Of a stretch of 64,000 nucleotides of DNA, positions 51,791 through 60,587 are shown piece after piece (within the stretch, counting starts at the first letter, position 1; each line of letters begins with the position of its first letter). The translations under genes and the position numbers were made by a program. This stretch comes from an uncultured Chloroflexia bacterium. Its GTDB lineage: Bacteria; Chloroflexota; Limnocylindria; Limnocylindrales; CSP1-4. The notes under the pieces are model-generated. The model ran no database searches. It worked only from the letters and a program-made list of their open reading frames with translations, and was not told where the DNA came from. Where the stretch lies: assembly GCA_963837825.1 (NCBI GenBank), contig CAWIOR010000015.1:390235-454234 (forward strand). Reading direction: 5' to 3'.

Positions 51791-52602
51791 CGCTCGACCC
51801 GTCGAGCCACGAAGACGACCGTCCCATCGTCGTCGGCCGCCGGTCGGCCGGTGTAACGTCCTTCGACGGCGATGTCGCCGAAGCCGGCCGCCTCGAGCAT
51901 GGCGACGACTTCCTGGGCGAAGTAGACGCAGGCCAAGAGGCTCCGCTCCTCCTCGGCCGCGACCGCGCCGTCGTGCCATAGTCGGGCCCGGATGTCGAGC
52001 CGTTCGACCTGGCGGAGCGGGTCGAACGCGCCGAGCCGGTTCAGGAGCTCGAGGTCGTCGCCATCGGTCGTCCGGCGCCGTTCGCCGTGCTCCGGCCATG
52101 GGCTGGGCAGGTCGTTCCGACGACCGGCCAGCCAGCGGGCCCAGCGACGCTCGTCGAGGCCGTCGTACGGCAGCTCGAGGCTGAACACGAGCGCCCCCTC
52201 CGGCTCGAGATGACGCCGGATCGCCCCCAGGGCCAGGCGATCATGATCGCGTCGACCGCCGATCCCGAACGAGTCGCAGATCAGGATCGTCCGGTACGTC
52301 CGCGGCAGGTCCAGCTCGTGCATCGCCTGGGGGACGAGACGAGGAGCGAGACCGTCACGCTGGGCGTGCGCAAGCGCGAACGCGAGCATGTCCGGCGAGA
52401 CGTCGACGCCGTCGATGTCGATCCCTTCCGCCAGGAGCGGCAGGAGGATCCGGCCGGTCCCGCAGGCGAGATCCAGGGCCGGCTGACCGAACCGCCCGAT
52501 CGCCGCGCGGTAGTAGGCGAGCTCGTCCGGTTCGGCGACGTTGAACTCGGCCCACCAGCGCGCGACGAGGCCGTGATGCCAGGTGCCGCTCTCGCCGTCC
52601 AC
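51787..52602 (-). CDS. Class I SAM-dependent methyltransferase
   Basis: Intact 271 aa. Motif I ALDLACGTGR and IDGVDVSPDML. Confidence 0.8.
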   Translation of the reverse strand: MDGESGTWHHGLVARWWAEFNVAEPDELAYYRAAIGRFGQPALDLACGTGRILLPLLAEGIDIDGVDVSPDMLAFALAHAQRDGLAPRLVPQAMHELDLPRTYRTILICDSFGIGGRRDHDRLALGAIRRHLEPEGALVFSLELPYDGLDERRWARWLAGRRNDLPSPWPEHGERRRTTDGDDLELLNRLGAFDPLRQVERLDIRARLWHDGAVAAEEERSLLACVYFAQEVVAMLEAAGFGDIAVEGRYTGRPAADDDGTVVFVARRVER

Positions 52603-52608
52603 GGACGA

Positions 52609-53328
52609 TCAGGACCCCTGGGCCATGCTCCAAATCGTCCAGTACTGGGTCCGGAGTCGGCGCGGCTGCTCCAGGACGGTCCGGATGGCGAAGGCGATGT
52701 CCTCCGGTCTCAAGTAGGTCTCGAGCTCCGGCATGTCCTCGGTCCGCCCGGCGCCGATCGCGAACTCGGTCGCCGTGCCCGCGGGCCCGATCGTCGTCAC
52801 CCGGACGCCCTTCTCGCGGAGCTCGCGGTCGAGCGAGCCGGCCAGGCCGACCTGGGCGAACTTCGTGGCCGCGTAGACCGCCTCGTCGGCCCCGCCCCGG
52901 AACCCGGCCACCGAGGCGACGATGACGATGTCGCCGCGACCGTTCTTGAGCATCTCCGGAAGCGCGGCGCGGATCGGCCAGACCGTCCCGGCGACGTTGG
53001 TGTCGAGCATCGTGGTGAGCGCCTCGTCGGTGTGGTCGAGGATCCCGCCGTACATCCCGATGCCGGCGTTCGCGACGAGGCTGTCGAGGCGCCCGAACCG
53101 GTCGAGGGCCTGGCGGACCAGGCGGCGACAGTCGTCGGGCGAGCGGACGTTCATCTCGACCGCCACGGCCCGGCCGGGGAATTCCGTCTCGAGGGCCTCG
53201 AGACGCTCGCTTCGGCGTGCCCCGAGGACCACGCGAGCCCCCGCCCGGGCGAGCTCGCGGGCGGTCGCCCGCCCGATCCCGGCGCTGGCGCCGGTGATCA
53301 CCACGACGGTGTCCTTGAGGTCCTCCAT
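52609..53328 (-). CDS. SDR-family oxidoreductase
   Basis: Intact 239 aa. Contains VVITGASAGIGRA, NAGIG and the catalytic YAATKFA. Confidence 0.85.
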   Translation of the reverse strand: MEDLKDTVVVITGASAGIGRATARELARAGARVVLGARRSERLEALETEFPGRAVAVEMNVRSPDDCRRLVRQALDRFGRLDSLVANAGIGMYGGILDHTDEALTTMLDTNVAGTVWPIRAALPEMLKNGRGDIVIVASVAGFRGGADEAVYAATKFAQVGLAGSLDRELREKGVRVTTIGPAGTATEFAIGAGRTEDMPELETYLRPEDIAFAIRTVLEQPRRLRTQYWTIWSMAQGS

Positions 53329-53370
53329 TGCCGCCTCCTCAGCGCGCGCTCATGTCACCCGGATATGGTA

Positions 53371-53386
53371 GGCGCCTCCGGGCGCC
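53371..53386 (-). terminator. GC hairpin immediately downstream of tRNA-Gly
   Basis: ggcgcc-tccg-ggcgcc, 10 nt after the tRNA 3' end. No clear U-tract. Confidence 0.3.
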
Positions 53387-53395
53387 GAGGAGGGG

Positions 53396-53471
53396 TGGAG
53401 CGGGAGACGGGTCTCGAACCCGCGACATTCAGCTTGGAAGGCTGACGCTCTACCGACTGAGCTACTCCCGC
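53396..53471 (-). tRNA. tRNA-Gly (anticodon UCC), CCA encoded
   Basis: The reverse complement reads GCGGGAG-TA-GCTC-AGTCGGTA-GAGC-G-TCAGC-CTTCCAA-GCTGA-ATGTC-GCGGG-TTCGAGA-CCCGT-CTCCCGC-T-CCA. This is a full cloverleaf with a U discriminator. Confidence 0.92.
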
Positions 53472-53517
53472 TCGCGGTCACATCGTACCGTCAGGGTTCA
53501 GGCCGCGCCGCGAAGGA

Positions 53518-54507
53518 TCACTTGCGCACGAACTTCTGGATGCTGCGGCTACCGCGATCCAGGTCCGTCCACGACTCCGAGGCCTCGGCCACGTAGAACG
53601 CTCCCGTCGAGTCGACCGCGATGCCATGCGGGGCGCAGAAGAGACCCGGCCCCGGGTCGTTCCGGACCCGGCCGGTCGACCATCGGCTTCCGCGAAGGTG
53701 CATCGGGCAGGGCGAGCGCGACCCCGCCGATCTCGGCGTCATCGACCTCGACCCCGTCGCCCCATCGCGCGAGCACCGTGCCGTCCCGGTCGAGGACCGT
53801 GACCCGGTGGGCCAGCTCGGCGACGTAGAACGCGCCGTCGGGGCCCTTCCGGACGCTCTGGGGGAGGCGGAGGTTCGCCCACTCGCCCGAGATAGTCGCC
53901 CCCGAGCGTGAAGGACTGGACCCGGTTGTTGAACCGGTCGGCGACGTACAGGGTGTCGTTGTCGTCATGGTCGATGAAGACGCTGTGGACCGTGTTGAAC
54001 TCACCCGGCCCGTGCCCGGGGGCACCCCACGAGAACTTCAGCTCACCCTCCGGGCTGAAGCAGTGGATCCTGGCGTTGCCGTAGCCGTCGCTGACGTAGA
54101 TGTCGCCGTTCGACGCGACCGTGGCGTGCGTCGGCCGGTTGAACGGCTTCCCGCTGAACGCCGGAGCGTTCTGGTAGGCGCTGCCGAGCGTCAGGACGAG
54201 CTTCCCGTCCGCCGTCCACTTCCGCACCGTGTGGTCGCGGCTGTCGGCCGTGTAGACGAAGCCGTCGAGCCCCACGCTGATCCCGTGCGGGAAGATGAAG
54301 TAGTTCTGGCCGATCTCGCCCCAGGCATCGAGGAAGCGCCCCTCCCGGTCGAAGATCATCACCGGGTGCGTGCCACGGCAGAAGACGTAGACGTTGTCGT
54401 CGCGGTCGACGCCGACGTCGGCGACCTCGACGAACGTCCAACCCTTGCGGACGCTTGAAGAAGCCGTCGACCACCTCGTACCGATCGCGTCCGATCTCGA
54501 CGTCCAT
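53518..54507 (-). pseudogene. NHL-repeat six-bladed beta-propeller protein (frameshifted as assembled)
   Basis: Repeated blades: DDNVYVFCRGTHPVMIFD, DGFVYTADSRDHTVRKW, NGDIYVSDGYGNARIHCF, DTLYVADRFNNRVQSF, GAFYVAELAHRVTVLD and GAFYVAEA. The ATG at 54507 follows ggaggac. Confidence 0.7.
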
Positions 54508-54732
54508 GAGGTCCTCCGCTCCGCTTGTCCACCGCGGAGGGTAGCGCCCTCGGCCCACCCCTGACAGGGGCTGGAGCCGGCCGACGAGCCGTGGTTCCGG
54601 GCCCGCCGGCGATGCTCGTTGCAGGGGCGCACCGGGACTATCGGCTGTTAACCCCGGGACCATTGACAGAGGCGCCAGGGGTACCGCTGTATAGCCGCAC
54701 GTCCGTATCGCCGCGCCGATCGAAGCTAGGGG

Positions 54733-56514
54733 ATCGTCATCACTACCATCCTCCGCGCCACCACTCCCGCCGGCGCCACGACAGCGGCCTCCGCCCCGGC
54801 GACACCTCCCACCAGCACCAACGCTGCGACCGCCGTCGCGCTCGAGCTCCGCGCCCTCGGAGTCGAGCACTTCTTCCTGATGACTGGCCGCGACAACACG
54901 CTGTGGATCGCCCTGGAGGCCGTCGGGCATCCGCCACGTCCTCGCCCGCAGCGAGGCGGCGGCGGTCTACATGGCCGACGCGTACGCCCGGCTGCGCGGA
55001 CGGCCGGCCTTCGTCTACGGCGCCTACGGCCCCGGGGCGGCCAACGTGGCCGGGGCCCTGGCCGAGCCGTTCTGGTCGGGCAGCCCGGTCGTGGCGTTGA
55101 CGTCCGCGATGCGTCGTGCCGATCGGTTCCGAAAGGAATATCAGGAACTCGACCAGGGGCCGCTGTTCGCCTCCGTGACGAAGTGGGGTGCCGAGGCGTC
55201 GGCTCCCACGAACGTCCCGAGGCTCGTCCGCGAGGCCGCGCGGCACGCCCTCTCCGGCGCGCCCGGTCCCGTCTACCTGGGGATCCCGAGCGATCTGTTC
55301 GAGGCGGCGGTGCCGGACTACGATCCGCCCTCCGGGCTCGCCAGATCGCCCGAGCTGCCGCTCGCTCGTCCCGCCCCGACGGCTGCCGACGCCGAGGTCG
55401 TGGTCCGCGCCCTCAGCGACGCCCGCCGACCGATCATCCTCGCCGGCAACGGCATCCATCAGTCCGGGGCGTACGACGCCCTTCGCAGGTCGCCGAGCGA
55501 CTGCATGATCCCGGTCGCCACAAGCAGCGCGGGCAAGGGCAGCATCGCCGAGACGCACGAGCTCGCCCTCGGCAGCGTGGGCCGCTACTCGCGCAACTAC
55601 GCCAACGCCGCGCTGCGCGACGCGGACGTGGTCCTGGCGATCGGGACGCGGCTCGGCGGCCTGGTCACCGACTCGTACCGGCTCATCCGTCCCGAAGCGC
55701 AGCTCGTGCACGTGAACGTCGATCCCGACGTGCTCGGCCTGAACTTCCCGACCGAGCTCGGCCATCGTCGCGGACGCACGCACCTTCCTCGAGGCCCTGC
55801 TCGACGCGTACGACCGGCTGGAGATCCTGCCGTCGGCCGCCTCGACCGGTCACGTGGAGCACCTCGCGGCGGAGCGGGCTTCGTGGCGCGAACGCCGGGC
55901 GGACCTCGCCGCGCGGGACGGCAGCGACGGCCGACCGATGCGGCCCGAGGCCGTGATGGCCGCGATCGAAGAGTCGATGGCCGACGACGCGGTGCTCGTG
56001 GCCGACACCGGCTACGCCGCGGCGTGGGCTGGCGCGCTCGCCGAGATCCGGGTCGCCGGGCGTCAGTTCATGCGCGCCGACGGCTCGCTCGGCTGGGCCT
56101 TTCCGGCCTCGCTCGGGGCCCAGCTGGCGGCACCGGACAAGCAGGTCATCTGCATCACGGGAGACGGCGGCTTCGGCTATCACATCGGTGACATCGAGAC
56201 CGCACTCCGGCTCGACCTGCCCGTCGTCGTGGTCATCCTCAACAACCAGACGCTGGCCTTCGAGGAGCACGTCCAGACGCTGCTCTACGACCACGTCGTC
56301 GCCGAGGTCAACGAGTTCCGCGACGTCGACTACGGCCAGATCGCCCGGGCGTTCGGTGCGCGCGGCCATCGGGTCACGACCGCAACGGAGTTCCGCCGAG
56401 GCGTTCGCCGAAGGCCTGGAGCGGCGGGGGCCGACGGTCATCGACGCGGTCATCGATCGCCAGGCGATCGCCCCCGTGACGCGCTACGACCGCGTGCGCG
56501 TTCGAGAGCTATGA
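54733..56514 (+). pseudogene. Thiamine-diphosphate enzyme, acetolactate-synthase-like (frameshifted as assembled; start not resolved)
   Basis: LRALGVEHFFLMTGRDN, YGPGAANVAGALAEPFWSGSPVVALT, the ThDP motif ITGDGGFGYHIGDIETA and VVVILNNQTLAFE. There is no ATG/GTG/TTG in frame before the conserved N-terminus. Confidence 0.75.
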
Positions 56515-57560
56515 CGATCACCGCGCCGGATATCGAGATCCCCGACCAGCCGGGGGTGGAGACGGTCCGGCAGCTGGCCGAGCGGTGCTCCAACTGGGGC
56601 CGCTGGGGACCCGACGACCAGCTCGGGACGCTGAACCACATCCGAGCGAGCGACGTCGTCGCGGCCTCCGGACTGGTCCGCACGGGTCGGGTCTTCTCGC
56701 TGGCCATCCCGCTCGACGAGAACGGTCCCCAGACCGGAGGGTTCGGCCGGTTCAACCCGATCCACCTGATGATCCGCGACGGCAACGCGGCGGCGACGGG
56801 CACGACCGTCCGCGACTTCTACGGGGGGCGGGACCGATGGATCCGCGGCACCGATGACCTGCTGATCCTGCCGCTGCAGTCCGGGACCCAATGGGACTCG
56901 CTCGCGCACATCGTCTTCGAGAACCGGATCTACAACGGCTACGACGCGACGATCGTCGGGAGCAAGGGCGCGCTTCGCAACGACATCGCGAACGCCCGTG
57001 ACCGCGTCGTCGGCCGCGGCGTCCTGCTGGACGTCGCGCGCTTCCGCGGCCGGCCCTGGCTCGAACCCGGCGAGCCGATCCACGCCCGGGATCTCGAGCA
57101 GTGCGCGCGGTCACAGGGTGTGGACGTCGGGCGCGGCGATATCGTCCTGGTCCGGACCGGCCAGATGGCGCAGTGCCGAGACGCGGGAGGCTGGGGGACC
57201 TACGCGGGTGGTCCGGCCCCCGGCCTGGCTCTGGACGCCGCCGCCTGGATCTTCGACCGCGAGCTGGCGGCGGTCGCGACGGACACCTGGGGCCTGGAGG
57301 TCCTGCCCAATCAGACCCCCGATGTCTTCCAGCCGCTGCACATCATCCTGATCGTCCACATGGGTCTGCTGGTCGGCGAGATCTTCGACCTCGAGGCATT
57401 GGCCGAGGACTGCGCGGCGGACGGGAGGTACGAGTTCCTGTTCACGGCTCCACCGCTGCCGATCACCGGCGGCGTCGGTTCGCCGGTCAACCCGTTGGCC
57501 GTCAAGATAGACGCCGTAGGCGATGGCGGTCCACACTCGGGCACCCGAGCTCGACCGTGA
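56511..57560 (+). CDS. Cyclase-family (kynurenine-formamidase-like fold) protein
   Basis: Uninterrupted 349 aa. Contains WGRWGPDDQLGTLN, DIVLVRTG, AAVATDTWGLE and LHIILIVHMGLLVGEIFDLEAL. The ATG overlaps the upstream TGA. Confidence 0.7.
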   Translation: MTITAPDIEIPDQPGVETVRQLAERCSNWGRWGPDDQLGTLNHIRASDVVAASGLVRTGRVFSLAIPLDENGPQTGGFGRFNPIHLMIRDGNAAATGTTVRDFYGGRDRWIRGTDDLLILPLQSGTQWDSLAHIVFENRIYNGYDATIVGSKGALRNDIANARDRVVGRGVLLDVARFRGRPWLEPGEPIHARDLEQCARSQGVDVGRGDIVLVRTGQMAQCRDAGGWGTYAGGPAPGLALDAAAWIFDRELAAVATDTWGLEVLPNQTPDVFQPLHIILIVHMGLLVGEIFDLEALAEDCAADGRYEFLFTAPPLPITGGVGSPVNPLAVKIDAVGDGGPHSGTRARP

Positions 57561-59139
57561 CACGGTCGGCCAGATCCGGGGCTCGAGCCTGCTGCTCGTC
57601 GGCCGCCTGATCTCGATCGCGATCACCTTCGTCACCCAGATCCTGATCGCTCGCCATCTGTCGACGACCGCCTTCGGCGCGTTCGCGCTCGCCTACTCGA
57701 TCGCGGGGGTGGCCCAGGTCGCCGTCACCCTGGGGCTGCACCGCGGAGCGACGCGGTTCGTGTCGATGTACGACGAACAGCGGGCCTACTCGCGGATGCT
57801 CGGGACGATCCTGCTCAACGTCGCGGTCATCGTCGGGCTCGGAGCGTGCTGCGTCCTGGCCGTCCAGCTGGTCCCCCAGGCGATCTCGGGAAGCGGCCTG
57901 ATCGACCCCGCGGCGACCGGTCTCCTGGTCATCCTCGTGTTCCTGGCGCCCATCGATGCGCTCGATGACCTGGTGCTCAACCTGTTCGCGGTCTTCGCGG
58001 CACCCCGGGCGATCTTCATCCGACGCTACGTCCTGGCACCCGGGCTGCGCCTCGTCGTCGCCGCCCTGCTCGTCGCGGGGAACGGGAGTGCGACCCAACT
58101 GGCCATCGGCTACGTGCTGGCCAGCTTCCTCGGCGTCGCCCTGTACGGGGCGCTCTTCGTCCGCCTGCTTGCGGATCGCGGGCTCCTGCGCGAGTTCCGG
58201 CGGGTCCGCCCGGAGGTCCCGGCCCGCGAGGTCCTCGGGTTCTCGATCCCGCTCCTGACCACGGACGCGGTCTGGCTCCTCCTCAACACGTTCCCGTTGA
58301 TCCTGCTCACGATGTTCGGCGGGCTCGAGGACGTGGCCGCATTCCAGGTCGTCAAGCCGGCAGCGACGCTCAACCTGCTGGTCTCATCCAGCTTCGTCGT
58401 CCTGTTCCTGCCGGTCGCGACACGGATGGTCGCCCGGCACAACCACGATGGGCTGGTCGACCTGTACTGGCGGACCGCGATCTGGACCGCGGTGATGACG
58501 TTCCCGATCTTCGCGGCCACATTCGCCCTAGCCGGGCCGCTGACCGAGACCCTGTTCGGCGAGCGCTACGCGGCGTCCGGGACGTATCTCGCGATCATGT
58601 CCGTCGGCTACTACATCAACGCCGCGCTCGGGTTCAACTCGGTCACCCTCAGCGCGGACGGGCGGCTCCGCTCGGTCGTCTCGGTCAACGTGACGTCGGC
58701 CGCCGTCAGCGTGGTCGCCGGGTTCCTGCTGATCCCGCCGCTCGGTGCCCTCGGTGCGGCGATCTCCGGCTGCCTGACGCTCGTCGTCCAGAACGGGCTG
58801 CTCCAGCTCGAGCTGCGCCGGACGATGGATATCCCGCTGCTGTACCGACCGGCGATCGAGGCCTACGGCGTGATCGGCGGGGCCGCCGCGATCTTGCTCG
58901 TCGTCGAGTCGATCATCGGATCGCTCTGGGTCGGGATCGGGCTCGTGCTCATCGTCTCGCTCGGTGTCCTGCTCCTGACCCACCGAGCGCTCCGGATCGA
59001 CGACATGTTCCCCGAGATCCGCGAGCTGTCGCTCGGGCTGCTCCAGGCCGCGGGCCGACGCCCGCGAGCGCTGGCCGGGCTCGACCTGGTGCGCTCGGCC
59101 GGACTGCGGACGGCGTGGCGCAGGTTGCGGGCGCGGTGA
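57523..59139 (+). CDS. MOP-superfamily polysaccharide/oligosaccharide flippase (Wzx-like)
   Basis: Intact 538 aa with about 14 predicted TM helices. The N-terminus LLLVGRLISIAITFVTQILIARHLSTTAFGAFALAYS is typical of the family. Confidence 0.7.
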   Translation: MAVHTRAPELDRDTVGQIRGSSLLLVGRLISIAITFVTQILIARHLSTTAFGAFALAYSIAGVAQVAVTLGLHRGATRFVSMYDEQRAYSRMLGTILLNVAVIVGLGACCVLAVQLVPQAISGSGLIDPAATGLLVILVFLAPIDALDDLVLNLFAVFAAPRAIFIRRYVLAPGLRLVVAALLVAGNGSATQLAIGYVLASFLGVALYGALFVRLLADRGLLREFRRVRPEVPAREVLGFSIPLLTTDAVWLLLNTFPLILLTMFGGLEDVAAFQVVKPAATLNLLVSSSFVVLFLPVATRMVARHNHDGLVDLYWRTAIWTAVMTFPIFAATFALAGPLTETLFGERYAASGTYLAIMSVGYYINAALGFNSVTLSADGRLRSVVSVNVTSAAVSVVAGFLLIPPLGALGAAISGCLTLVVQNGLLQLELRRTMDIPLLYRPAIEAYGVIGGAAAILLVVESIIGSLWVGIGLVLIVSLGVLLLTHRALRIDDMFPEIRELSLGLLQAAGRRPRALAGLDLVRSAGLRTAWRRLRAR

Positions 59140-60366
59140 TCATCGAGGGCCCCGCCCGGCACGCCGGAACCGGCCGAACGGGCGACCCGCCCGCCGTCCG
59201 AGGATCTGCCACACGCCGCTGACCGCCGGCAGCGGATCGCTCCACCAGAAGAGCGTCCGATCCCCTCTCAGCCACGGCTCGAGCACCGGTCCCTCGGGAC
59301 GGCGGAAGGAGCTCCAGGCTCGAGCGATGGCGGTCGCATCGAGGATCTCGTACATCCCGTAGCGACCGATCTGGTACGACGCCGTGCCGGGACGGGGAGG
59401 TCGTGCGCATCGAGATAGCTCATCCACGGTAGGTCCACGCCGGCCCGCGCGATATGGCCGATAGCCAGGCGGCCGTGGATTCACCTCGATGATCTTGAAC
59501 CGCCCATCGCGCTCATCGAACTTGAACTCGACGTTGAAGATCCCGCGATAGTCCACCTCGGCGAGCAGCGCGCGAACGGCCTGGAAGGCAGGCGTCGACG
59601 TCCGCAAGCGGGATCGTCACGTCCGAGCAGTGTTCGCGATCCTCGGCGGATCCATCCGGACGCGTCGCCGAGCCACGATCGTCTTGATCGTCCCTTCCCG
59701 GTCGACGAAGCCATCGATGAGGATCGTCTTCGACATGTTCCCCGGGATCCACTCCTGGAGCATGAACGTGATCCCGGCTGCGCTCGCGTCCTCGACCAGC
59801 CTGGACCGCGGCGTCGCGCGTCCGCGAGGAAGAACCCCTTCGTGCCGAAGCGCCGATTGTGGCGGTGCGACTCGGTCGGCTTGAGGAACCCGTTGGCCAG
59901 CTCCTCATCCGTGGCGAGGTCGAGGTCTGCGCGATCGCGGATGAGCACCGTGCGCGGACGCGGGATGTCGAGACGATCGACCAGCGCGCGGAACCGATCC
60001 TTGTCGACGAACTGCTCGATGGCCTCGCGCGGCGACACACTGGCGAGGAACCGCTGCCTGGTCTCGGCCGGCAGGCCGGCCACGGCGAGGGCCCACTGGT
60101 CGCTGCAGGCGATCAGGACCGCCCGCGGGATGTGGAGCGATCGCAGGAACCGGTCGAGCGCCTCCGAGTCCGACGACTCCGGCAGCGTCGGCTCGGTCGG
60201 TCGATACCAGCGCGAACGGACGATGACGTTCGGATGTCTCGTCCACGACGTAGCACGGGATCCCCCGCTTCGCGATCACGCGCAGGACCCCGAGCGCGGC
60301 GAGGTGCGCGCCGAAGATCGAGGACGGGATCTCGCGGGGTCGGCAGGTCCGTCGCCACGGCACCAT
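59140..60366 (-). pseudogene. ATP-grasp domain protein (carboxylate-amine ligase-like; frameshifted as assembled)
   Basis: GAHLAALGVLRVIAKRGIPCYVVD, FLKPTESH and YRGIFNVEFKFDERDGRFKIIEVNPR (ATP-grasp C-terminal motif). The pieces lie in three or more frames. Confidence 0.65.
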
Positions 60367-60486
60367 TATGTCCGGCTCAAGCCACGGCAAGGATCCCCGC
60401 CGGGCGCCAGACGGCCGACGACCGCTCCACTGGTTGCTAGAAACGGCCGGTCGCCAGTGCGCGGAGCACTGGGCAGGGACCGCGAG

Positions 60487-60526
60487 GCTTGGAAGGCTGA
60501 CGCTCTACCGACTGAGCTACTCTCGC
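60487..60526 (-). pseudogene. Orphan 5' half of tRNA-Gly(UCC): acceptor 5' strand through anticodon loop plus 2 nt
   Basis: 39/40 nt are identical to 53432..53471. The single difference gives GCGAGAG instead of GCGGGAG. Similarity stops abruptly on both sides, and no matching 3' half follows. Confidence 0.85.
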
Positions 60527-60587
60527 CCGGCGTTGGCATGATAGCCCCGGGTCCTACACTGGGTCCGACTGGAGAGGGAGGCAGCGC

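Noticed and set aside
54664-54696. TTGACA hexamer in the NHL / ThDP-enzyme divergent region as a promoter.
   Set aside because: The best downstream -10-like hexamer (TATAGC) is 21 nt away, outside the usual 16-19 nt spacing, so I do not call it.
53472-60486. The cassette as a classical integrative element or prophage.
   Set aside because: No integrase, excisionase, transposase or phage gene is present, and the duplicated tRNA segment is the 5' half. I report only the repeat structure as a finding, not a mobile-element call.
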